10,481 nucleotides of DNA from Myxococcota bacterium (GCA_036149055.1 JAYZQJ010000093.1:1-10481); one strand, 5' to 3'. Counted from the stretch's first letter, positions 1-10,176 are shown. Made by a program: numbers and translations. The notes: generated by a model not told the origin, from the letters alone.

Positions 1-88
1 GCTCGTCGCCTCTCGGCGTTCGTTGGCGACTTCGCTTCGCTCGTCGCCTCTCGGCGTTCGTTGGCGACTTCGCTTCGCTCGTCGCCTC
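1..88. repeat. 38-bp tandem repeat (2 full copies + partial, cut by window edge) containing a REP-like palindrome
   Basis: Unit gctcgtcgcctctcggcgttcgttggcgacttcgcttc at 1-38 and 39-76, partial at 77-88. Hairpin GGCGAC-ttcgcttcgctc-GTCGCC at 25-48 and 63-86. Confidence 0.92.
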
Positions 89-100
89 CGGGCCTCGTTC

Positions 101-250
101 GGACTCGGATTCGGGCTCGGATTCGGATTCGGTCTCGGACTCGGATTCGGGCTCGGACCCGGATACGGTCTCGGTCTCGGATTCGGGCTCGGGCTCGGGC
201 TCGGATTCGGGCTCGGGCTCGGATTCGCGCTCGGGTTCGGGCTCGGGGTC
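101..250. repeat. Degenerate hexamer microsatellite (GGNYTC)x25
   Basis: 25 consecutive in-phase hexamers: ggactc/ggattc/gggctc/ggtctc with a few variants (ggaccc, ggatac, gcgctc, ggggtc). Confidence 0.92.
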
Positions 251-261
251 GAACTGCGCGC

Positions 262-304
262 GGGCACGGGCAGGGGCACGGGCACGGGCACGGGCACGGG
301 GGGG
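262..304. repeat. (GGGCAC)x6 microsatellite followed by G7 run
   Basis: gggcac at 262, 274, 280, 286, 292, gggcag at 268, then ggggggg at 298-304. Confidence 0.9.
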
Positions 305-316
305 TCACGGACCCGA

Positions 317-1321
317 TCAAACGCTGCGGCGGTAGTGGCTCGGGGGCGCTCCGGTCCAGCGTTTGAAGGCGCGGCTGAAGGCGTTGGCGTCGGAGAAGCC
401 GAGGAGGAAGGCGACCTCTCCGACGCTCAGGTCGCGGTCGCGGAGGTGGCTGATGGCGAGCTGCTCGCGCAGGTGGTCGAGGAGGGCGCTGAAGCTGGTG
501 TCCTCTTCGCCGAGGCGGCGGGCGAGGGTGCGGGCGCTCATGTGGAGCTTGGCGGCGATGATCTCGGCGGTGGGGGTGCCGCCGGTGAGCTCTTCGGCGA
601 TGCGCTCGCTGACCCGTCGGGCGAAGGAGTCGCCGGCTTCGCCGAGCAGCGACTGGGCGTGCTGCTCGAGGATGGGGAGGAGGCCCGGGTCGGACTGGGG
701 GATGGGCGCGTCGAGGCGGTCGCGGCGGAAGACGAGGCGGTTCCGCTCGGCGCCGAAGCGGAGCGGGCACTGGAAGGTCTGGACCCAGGGGCGCGGGTCG
801 GCGGGCTCCGCGTGCACGAAGTCGACCTCGAGGGCGCGGCCGGGCACGGCGGTGAGGAACATCGCGCCGGCCAGCGCGCCCGCGAAGCCGTAGTCCACCA
901 GGACCCCGGCGGGCTCGCGGCCGCTGGAGAGCGCGACGTGCAGGGTGGCGCGGTCGCCTTCGACGCTGAGGCGATCCGCCCCCGCGTCGTGCAAGACCCG
1001 CTGGAAGCGCAGCCCCGCCTCCATCGCCTCGCCGAGGGTGGGGTGGTTGCGCATGACGTACTCGACGACGCCGAGCTGGCCGGGGCTCGGGGCCAGGCCC
1101 GCCCGCAGCCCGAACGCCTCGTCGCCGGAGAGGGCCGCGCAGGCGACCCAGAGGGCGTCGAGCACCTCCTCCGGCATGCGGTGATCCGGGTCCTCGACCT
1201 GCTTCGGATCGAGCGAGACCTCCTCGAGCGCGGGCGCCGGGTCCTTGCCCATGGCGCGCAGCCGCGCGAGCGCCGGCCACGCGAGGCGGGCCGAGGCCAT
1301 GCAGCCGGTGGTGCTCCGCAT
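317..1321 (-). CDS. AraC/XylS-family transcriptional regulator (OruR-like N-terminal domain, ~334 aa)
   Basis: C-terminal double HTH: IAAKLHMSARTLARRL...LSVGEVAFLLGFSDANAFSRAFKRWTGAPPSHYR. N-terminal SGDEAFGLRAG...LGVVEYVMRNHPTLGEA and FQCPLRFGAERNRLVF are typical of this subfamily. Start placed at ATG 1321 rather than the track's 1381 because a TACCCT -10-like box lies 6 nt upstream; ATG 1300 is an alternative. Confidence 0.93.
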   Translation of the reverse strand: MRSTTGCMASARLAWPALARLRAMGKDPAPALEEVSLDPKQVEDPDHRMPEEVLDALWVACAALSGDEAFGLRAGLAPSPGQLGVVEYVMRNHPTLGEAMEAGLRFQRVLHDAGADRLSVEGDRATLHVALSSGREPAGVLVDYGFAGALAGAMFLTAVPGRALEVDFVHAEPADPRPWVQTFQCPLRFGAERNRLVFRRDRLDAPIPQSDPGLLPILEQHAQSLLGEAGDSFARRVSERIAEELTGGTPTAEIIAAKLHMSARTLARRLGEEDTSFSALLDHLREQLAISHLRDRDLSVGEVAFLLGFSDANAFSRAFKRWTGAPPSHYRRSV

Positions 1322-1327
1322 CGCGCC

Positions 1328-1333
1328 AGGGTA
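1328..1333 (-). promoter_or_regulatory. Putative -10 box (TACCCT) of a leaderless araC-like transcript
   Basis: Minus strand reads TACCCT-ggcgcg-ATG(1321); no Shine-Dalgarno is present. Confidence 0.5.
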
Positions 1334-1344
1334 CCAAGTCCGCC

Positions 1345-1381
1345 TGGCCGGTTCGGTCAGGGTTTTTGGCGAGGTCGGCAA
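1345..1381 (+). promoter_or_regulatory. Putative AraC-family operator: two imperfect direct repeats 22 bp apart
   Basis: TGGCcggttcGGTCA (1345-1359) and TGGCgaggtcGGCAA (1367-1381), 10/15 identical. The second ends where the -35 of a TAGGGT -10 box (1404-1409) would begin. Confidence 0.5.
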
Positions 1382-1429
1382 GGCGCGGGGGATCGGCCTC
1401 GCCTAGGGTCTCGGCCCGGAGGGATGATG

Positions 1430-2491
1430 ATGCGCGCCACCTGGGGATGGGTATGGGCCGCGCTCCTCGTGACAGCGGGGTGCGCCAGCCCGATCGAAGA
1501 GCCGCTCGCGCCGGGCGACGAGCTGGGGGACGAGGCGGAGCCGGGCGGCTCGCCCGCTCCCAGGGGCGAGCCGGGCGAGCCGCGGCCGCTGCCCGTGCCC
1601 GAGCCGGAGGTGGACGTCGAGCCGCCGCCTCACGTCTGCGCCGACGGGCTGGAGGGCCGGACCGGGCGCCGCGTGATCTCGTTCGTGCACGACGGCCTGC
1701 TCCGGACCACCTACCTCCACGTGCCCGACCAGTACGAGCCGACCGAGGCCGCGATGCTGGTGCTCAACTTCCACGGCTTCACCTCCGCCGACTGGCAGCA
1801 GGCGCTGCTCACCGGGATGGGCGAGGTCGCGGAGGAGAAGGGCTTCATCGTCGCCTACCCGCAGGGCGTGGCCGCGAGCTGGAACGCGGGCGACTGCTGC
1901 GGCACCGCGTGGACCGACGCGGTGGACGACGTGGGCTTCGTGCGCGCGCTCCTCGACCGGCTCGCCGAGGAGTACTGCGTCGATCCGCGCCGCATCCACG
2001 CCACCGGCATGAGCAACGGCGGCTTCATCTCCCACCGCCTGGCGTGCGAGATGAGCGACACCATCGCGTCGATCGCGCCGGTCGCCGGCGTGCTCGGGGT
2101 CGATCCGGGCGAGTGCGCGCCGACGCGCCCGATGCCGGTGTGGCAGTTCCACGGGACCGAGGACCTGCTCGTGCCCTACGAGGGCGGCACCCCGGTGATG
2201 CGCGACCTCGGGGCCGGCATCGTCTTCCGGTCGGTGGCCGACACGCTCGAGCACTGGGCGACGGTCAACGGCTGCCGCCTCGAGAGCGCCGAGCTCATGC
2301 GCGAAGGCGACACGACGTGCGTGGCGTGGAGCGGGTGCGACGCGCCGACGCGGCTCTGCACGGTGGACGGCGGCGGGCACACCTGGCCCGGCGGCATGCC
2401 GATCCCGTTCCTCGGCAAGACCACCAACGACCTCGACGCCACCCGGCAGATGGTGTCCTTCTTCGAGGATAACCCCCTCCCGGTCCGCTGA
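1430..2491 (+). CDS. Secreted/lipoprotein alpha/beta-hydrolase, PHB-depolymerase/LpqC-like esterase family (~353 aa)
   Basis: GGAGGG RBS at 1418-1423 before ATGATGATG (1424/1427/1430). Signal peptide with lipobox-like MRATWGWVWAALLVTAGC, Pro/Glu linker, then LVLNFHG, GFIVAYPQG, WNAGDCCG, VDDVGF, nucleophile GMSNGG, IAPVAG, FHGTED (Asp), GGGHTWPG (His). It is the 3' part of track ORF 23..2491. Confidence 0.9.
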   Translation: MRATWGWVWAALLVTAGCASPIEEPLAPGDELGDEAEPGGSPAPRGEPGEPRPLPVPEPEVDVEPPPHVCADGLEGRTGRRVISFVHDGLLRTTYLHVPDQYEPTEAAMLVLNFHGFTSADWQQALLTGMGEVAEEKGFIVAYPQGVAASWNAGDCCGTAWTDAVDDVGFVRALLDRLAEEYCVDPRRIHATGMSNGGFISHRLACEMSDTIASIAPVAGVLGVDPGECAPTRPMPVWQFHGTEDLLVPYEGGTPVMRDLGAGIVFRSVADTLEHWATVNGCRLESAELMREGDTTCVAWSGCDAPTRLCTVDGGGHTWPGGMPIPFLGKTTNDLDATRQMVSFFEDNPLPVR

Positions 2492-2510
2492 ACGCAGGGC
2501 CCGGCTGCTC

Positions 2511-2516
2511 TACGAT
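2511..2516 (+). promoter_or_regulatory. Putative -10 box (TACGAT) 6 nt upstream of ATG 2523
   Basis: TACGAT-ggagcc-ATG. The GGAG is only 2 nt from the ATG, too close for a normal RBS. Confidence 0.45.
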
Positions 2517-2522
2517 GGAGCC

Positions 2523-3548
2523 ATGCTCCGCTTCGTCGCCGTCGGCCTGTTGATCGCCGTCCCCTCCTCCGCGGCCGCCCAGCGGGTGGTCGGGGTCGCC
2601 GTCTGGGACGGCTCCGATCTGCGCTGCGAGACGCGCTCGGCGGCGGCGTGCGTGGACGGCGCTTGCCCGGGGGAGCTCACGTGCGTCGACTTCGAGGGCG
2701 ACGCGCTCTGCGTCGAGGGCGACGCCCTGTTCTGCGCGCACGACGCCGCGGACGGCCGGTGCCCCGCGCACAGCCCCGACCCGCGCATGACGCTGGGCGC
2801 CGCCAGCCCGATCCTCGTCTGCATGCCGAGCTCGTTCGAGCTCTGCGGCGACGACCCCACGCGCTCGAGCTACTGCTTCTACGGCCCGTACCCGGAGCGC
2901 GCCTTCCCGGTGGACTGGGCGTACGGAGACTGCGACGAGGACGGCATCGCCAACGGCGACGAGCTCGACGAGGTCGGGGTGTGTCAGCAGCCGGCGTCGG
3001 TCGGGGTCGTGACGCCCGGCGGGGAGTGCGCCTCGGTCTCCGCCTGCCTGGACGACGCCGACTGCGTGACCCCCGGCACCTTCTGCGCCCGCCCCAGCCC
3101 GAGCGCGCATCACCGGTTCTGTGTCGACGGCGAGGCCCACGCGCTCTGCTGCGACGAGTCGAGCGCGTGCCCGGGCGGCGCCTGCGCGGTGGCCCCCGGA
3201 GACGCGGCCGGCTTCTGCGAGGGGTTCGAGTACTGCGCCGAGCGCGCCTTCGCCGACCGCGCCGCCTGCGTGTACTACCAGGGGCAGCCGGTGGCGCTGG
3301 CGGCGCAGGGGGACTGCGACGAGGACGGAGTGCCCAACGGGGTCGACAGCGAACCGTGCGTGTTCGATGAGCCCGGCGCTCCCGACGCCGGAGCGCTGGA
3401 CGCCGGGCCGCCGCCGCGGGACTCGACCCCGGCGTTCACCGGAGGGGGTGGGGCGGTGTGCGCGGCGAGCCCCGGCCGGACCGACCCCGGCCACTGGCTC
3501 CTCGCGGCGCTCGCCTCGGCGCTCCTGGTGATACGGCGCCGCGCCTGA
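2523..3548 (+). CDS. Cys-rich cell-surface protein with MYXO-CTERM-type sorting signal, paralog 1 (341 aa)
   Basis: Signal peptide MLRFVAVGLLIAVPSSAAA-Q; 26 Cys in the mature body; two GDCDEDG(I/V)xNG motifs; PDAGALDAG linker; C-terminal GGGGAVCAASPG + hydrophobic helix + RRRA. Confidence 0.85.
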   Translation: MLRFVAVGLLIAVPSSAAAQRVVGVAVWDGSDLRCETRSAAACVDGACPGELTCVDFEGDALCVEGDALFCAHDAADGRCPAHSPDPRMTLGAASPILVCMPSSFELCGDDPTRSSYCFYGPYPERAFPVDWAYGDCDEDGIANGDELDEVGVCQQPASVGVVTPGGECASVSACLDDADCVTPGTFCARPSPSAHHRFCVDGEAHALCCDESSACPGGACAVAPGDAAGFCEGFEYCAERAFADRAACVYYQGQPVALAAQGDCDEDGVPNGVDSEPCVFDEPGAPDAGALDAGPPPRDSTPAFTGGGGAVCAASPGRTDPGHWLLAALASALLVIRRRA

Positions 3549-3550
3549 CC

Positions 3551-3556
3551 TAGAAT
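3551..3556 (+). promoter_or_regulatory. Putative -10 box (TAGAAT) 7 nt upstream of ATG 3564
   Basis: TAGAAT-cgagggg-ATG in the 15-bp intergenic gap; 5/6 match to TATAAT in very GC-rich DNA. Confidence 0.5.
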
Positions 3557-3563
3557 CGAGGGG

Positions 3564-4679
3564 ATGCTTCGCCTCACGCTGTCCCTCGCTTGTCTCCTCG
3601 TCTCGATCTCTGCCTCGACCGCCGCCGCCCAGGAGTACTACTCGGTCCAGCGCGACGGGGGCAGCTTCGTCTGCGTGAGGAGCACCTCCGAGGTGTGCAC
3701 GACTCCTGGCGACTGCGCGCCGGACGACTGCGTGGCGTTCGGCGGGAGCTACCGGGTCTGCGCGCCGGGCGACTCCCTCTTCTGCACGCCCTCGATGTTC
3801 GGAGGCTGCCCCACCGGGCGAGAGCTGCGCCCGCTGCCCGACCGCTTCGGCTTCGCCGTCTGCATGCCGCCGGGGCGCGAGTGGTGCGAGGGGGCGAGCG
3901 ACGCCGAGCTGCTCGCGTGCTTCCAGCGCATGGGCGACGCGACGCGGATCGTCGACTTCGAGCTGGGGGATTGTGATCGCGACGGGATCCCCAACGAGGC
4001 CGAGACGCCCGACGGGCTCTGCGAGCCGGTGCAGCGCCACGCGGCCATCTCCCGAGGCGGCGCCTGCACGCCGCTCGCGAACTGCCGCTCGGACGCCGAC
4101 TGCGGGCCCGGCGCGCCCGTCTGCGCGCGCATCGACGCGCACGGCTACTGCATCCCGAGCGACGGCGTCGACACGACCCACTTCTGCTGCGGCGGATTCC
4201 TCGGCATCGAGTGCCCGCACGGCGGCACCTGCGCGCCGTCGGGGGGCACGGCGGACGGCCAGGCCTTCTGCGACGATCCTCGCTACTGCGCCTCGTGGGA
4301 CTTCGAGGACCGGATCGGCTGCCTCTTCTTCGCGGGCGCCCTGGTGAGCGACCCGGCGGACGGCGACTGCGACGGCGACGGCCAGAAGAACACGCTCGAC
4401 GAGGATCCCTGCACCGCGGCCCCGCTGCCCGAGGACGCGGGGGTCGCGCCGACCGAGGACGCCGGCACCGTGACGCGAGAGGACGCCGGCGCCGAGGACG
4501 CCAGCGCTCCGCCCGCCATGGACTCGGGGGTCACCGCCGAGCCGCGGAGCCTGGAGCCGAGCTTCAACGGCGGCGGCGGCTGCGCGTGCCGCGCGACGCC
4601 GAGCGGGCCTTCGCCCGGGCCCTGGGGATGGCTGGGGCTCGCGTCGCTCGGGGTCCTCGTGACGCGACGTCGTCAGTAG
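3564..4679 (+). CDS. Cys-rich cell-surface protein with MYXO-CTERM sorting signal, paralog 2 (371 aa)
   Basis: Signal peptide MLRLTLSLACLLVSISASTAAA-Q; same 26-Cys order as paralog 1; GDCDRDGIPN and GDCDGDGQKN motifs; EDAG-repeat linker; C-terminal GGGGCACRA + hydrophobic helix + RRRQ. Confidence 0.87.
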   Translation: MLRLTLSLACLLVSISASTAAAQEYYSVQRDGGSFVCVRSTSEVCTTPGDCAPDDCVAFGGSYRVCAPGDSLFCTPSMFGGCPTGRELRPLPDRFGFAVCMPPGREWCEGASDAELLACFQRMGDATRIVDFELGDCDRDGIPNEAETPDGLCEPVQRHAAISRGGACTPLANCRSDADCGPGAPVCARIDAHGYCIPSDGVDTTHFCCGGFLGIECPHGGTCAPSGGTADGQAFCDDPRYCASWDFEDRIGCLFFAGALVSDPADGDCDGDGQKNTLDEDPCTAAPLPEDAGVAPTEDAGTVTREDAGAEDASAPPAMDSGVTAEPRSLEPSFNGGGGCACRATPSGPSPGPWGWLGLASLGVLVTRRRQ

Positions 4680-6676
4680 GCGTCGACGGCGTCCAGCCAG
4701 CTCTTCACCTGGGCGTCGGAGGGCATGCGCCAGTCGCCGCGAGGTGAGAGCGCCACCATGCCGACCTTCGGCGCGTCGGCGGTGCAGCTCCGCTTGAACT
4801 GGTGGGTGAAGAAGCGCCGGAAGAAGACCGAGAGCCACTTCTTGAGCGTCTCGAGGTCGTAGTCGCCCTCGAACGCGACCTGGGCGAGGTCGAGGATGCG
4901 CCCCGGCCGCGCCCCGTGCCGGACGAAGTGGTAGAGGAAGAAGTCGTGCAGCTCGTAGGGGCCGATCGTGGACTCGGTGAGCTGCGCGATGTGTCCCTGC
5001 TCGTCGGCCGGGAGCAGCTCCGGCGAGATCGGGGTCTCCAGGATGCCGAAGAGGATGCGCCGCAGCGCCTCCGCGTCGCCGCTCCAGTGGGACGCGCGCT
5101 CGTTGGCCACCCAGCGGATCACGAAGCGGATCAGGGTCTTCGGCACGCCCGCGTTCACGTCGTACATCGCGATGTGATCGCCGGCGTAGGTCGACCAGCC
5201 GAGCGCCTTCTCGGACAGATCCCCCGTGCCCACCACCAGGCCGCCGCGCTGGTTGGCGAGCGTCATCAAGACGAGCGTGCGCAGCCTCGCTTGCACGTTC
5301 TCGAGGGTCACGTCGCCGAGGCTCGGCGTCTCCCGGACCCGGGCCAGGAGCGCCTCCACGTCCGCGGCGTCCCGCGCGGCCTCGTGGTCCACCGACTCGA
5401 GCAGCAGGTGGCTCGCGTCGCTCACCCCCACCTCGAGGAAGGTCGCGCCGAGCTCGCGGCTCAGCTCCTCGGCCCGGCCGCGCGTGCCCGCGGTGGTGCC
5501 GAGGCCCGGCATCGTGGCCGCGACCAGATCCGAGCGCGGCTGGCCGCGGAGATCGAGCGCGGCGGCGCAGACGAGCGCGGCCATCGTCGAGTCGAGGCCG
5601 CCCGAGACCCCGAGCACCAGCTTCGGCGCGCCGATGGCGGCCATGCGGGTCGCGAGGGCGTTGCTCTGGATCTCGAAGATCTCCCAGCAGCGGGTCGCGA
5701 GCGTGGCCGGGTCGCGCGGCAGGAACGGGTGCGAGGGCACGTCGCGCTTCAGCGTGGTCGTGGCCGGCCCCGCGGCGAAGGGGACGCGGCGGTGGGGCGT
5801 CCGGGTCTCGCGGCTGCAGTCGCCGAAGGTGCCGGTCGCGGCGCGCTCTCGCTGGAGCAGCTCCAGATCCACGTCGGCGGTGACGAGCTGGTTCTCGCGC
5901 AGGAAGCGCGTCGACTCGGCGAGCAGCGCGCCGTTCTCGGCGATGAAGGCGTCGGCGTCGAAGGCGAGGTCGGTCGACGACTCACCCGGCCCCGCGGCGA
6001 CGTAGAGGTAGGCGCACTTGCCGCGGTCGGACGCCGAGCGCGCGAGGAGCCGCCGGAGCTCGGCCTTGCCGACGGTGAAGTTCGACGCGCTGAGGTTCGC
6101 GATCACCGTCGCCCCGTTCGACACGTGCGCGAGGTGCGGCGGTGCGTGGACCCAGTAGTCCTCGCAGATCTCGAGCCCGACCACGAGGTCGCGCTCGGTC
6201 TCCGCCTCGAAGAGGAGGTCGAGCCCGAACGGCACGTCCTGGCCGGCGATCCGGCAGCGGCTCCCCGGCGCGACCTCGGCGCCGGGCCGGAACCAGCGCG
6301 CCTCCTCGAACTCGCGGTAGGTCGGCAGGTAGGCCTTGGGCACGACCCCGAGCACCCGCCCGCGCTGCACCGCCACCGCGCAGTTGTAGACGCCGCCGCC
6401 GACGCGCACCGGCATGCCGACCACCGCCATCGGCGCGCGCTCGACCGAGGCCTCGAGCAGCCGCTCCAGCGCCGCCTCGCACGACTCGAGCAGGTGATGG
6501 TCGAGCACGAGGTCGCGCACGGTGTAGCCACAGAGGCCGAGCTCGGGGAAGACGACGAGCGCGTCGCCCTGACCGTGCGCTCGCTCGAGCAGCGCGAGGG
6601 TCTGGGCGACGTTGCCGTCGAAGTCCGCGACGCGCACCACCGGCACCGCCACGCTGACGCGACTGAAACCACGCAT
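4673..6676 (-). CDS. nadE: Glutamine-dependent NAD(+) synthetase (667 aa)
   Basis: N-terminal nitrilase-fold glutaminase triad (VFPELG, VPKAYLPTYREFEEARWF, EICED). C-terminal synthetase motifs LGVSGGLDST, ENVQARLRT, GTGDLSE, NAGVPKT, ISPEL, GPYEL, QFKRS, LSPRGDWRMPSD. Confidence 0.97.
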   Translation of the reverse strand: MRGFSRVSVAVPVVRVADFDGNVAQTLALLERAHGQGDALVVFPELGLCGYTVRDLVLDHHLLESCEAALERLLEASVERAPMAVVGMPVRVGGGVYNCAVAVQRGRVLGVVPKAYLPTYREFEEARWFRPGAEVAPGSRCRIAGQDVPFGLDLLFEAETERDLVVGLEICEDYWVHAPPHLAHVSNGATVIANLSASNFTVGKAELRRLLARSASDRGKCAYLYVAAGPGESSTDLAFDADAFIAENGALLAESTRFLRENQLVTADVDLELLQRERAATGTFGDCSRETRTPHRRVPFAAGPATTTLKRDVPSHPFLPRDPATLATRCWEIFEIQSNALATRMAAIGAPKLVLGVSGGLDSTMAALVCAAALDLRGQPRSDLVAATMPGLGTTAGTRGRAEELSRELGATFLEVGVSDASHLLLESVDHEAARDAADVEALLARVRETPSLGDVTLENVQARLRTLVLMTLANQRGGLVVGTGDLSEKALGWSTYAGDHIAMYDVNAGVPKTLIRFVIRWVANERASHWSGDAEALRRILFGILETPISPELLPADEQGHIAQLTESTIGPYELHDFFLYHFVRHGARPGRILDLAQVAFEGDYDLETLKKWLSVFFRRFFTHQFKRSCTADAPKVGMVALSPRGDWRMPSDAQVKSWLDAVDAY

Positions 6677-6706
6677 GGGCTACCCATCCGCCAGGCGGCC
6701 CGGCCG

Positions 6707-6712
6707 TGTCAA
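6707..6712 (-). promoter_or_regulatory. Consensus -35 box (TTGACA) upstream of nadE
   Basis: Plus-strand tgtcaa equals TTGACA on minus, at -36..-31 relative to the A of the nadE ATG (6676). The matching -10 position (GATGGG/GGATGG) is poor. Confidence 0.45.
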
Positions 6713-6719
6713 GCGCGCG

Positions 6720-8615
<1,896 letters not shown>

Positions 8616-8748
8616 GTCACTCCCTCCCATCGGTGCAGGGGGAGACGCGCCGGGCCGCGGGAGGATCTACTCGAGCGCCTCGCATTTCTCACACCGCGCC
8701 CCCCTTGGGGCTGGCCAAACCGGCCGCCTCCGGGTACGCCGCAGGGCG

Positions 8749-10146
<1,398 letters not shown>

Positions 10147-10176
10147 CTGGGCAGGGGCGGGTCCGCCCCGGTCCAG
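10147..10176 (+). terminator. GC-rich stem-loop directly after the cbs stop (possible terminator or REP-like hairpin)
   Basis: ctgg-gca-GGGGCGG-gt-CCGCCCC-ggt-ccag; no U-tract follows. Confidence 0.35.

Noticed and set aside
1..88. CRISPR array
   Set aside because: The sequences between hairpins are identical 14-bp linkers rather than unique spacers, and no cas genes are in the window.
1..316. Stop-codon readthrough of AraC into an in-frame EPEPES tail, or a separate minus-strand Pro-rich gene
   Set aside because: Two in-frame TGA stops (319-317, 307-305) intervene, AraC ends at its normal family position, and there is no credible start or RBS.
23..1423. N-terminal 467 codons of the 822-aa ORF (GLGF repeats fused to an esterase)
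   Set aside because: It is microsatellite translation plus the exact antisense frame of the AraC gene. The esterase has its own RBS and signal peptide at 1424-1430.
2295..4838. 847-aa minus-strand ORF
   Set aside because: Antisense shadow of the two Cys-rich genes; Arg/Ala-rich with no motifs, as expected in high-GC DNA.
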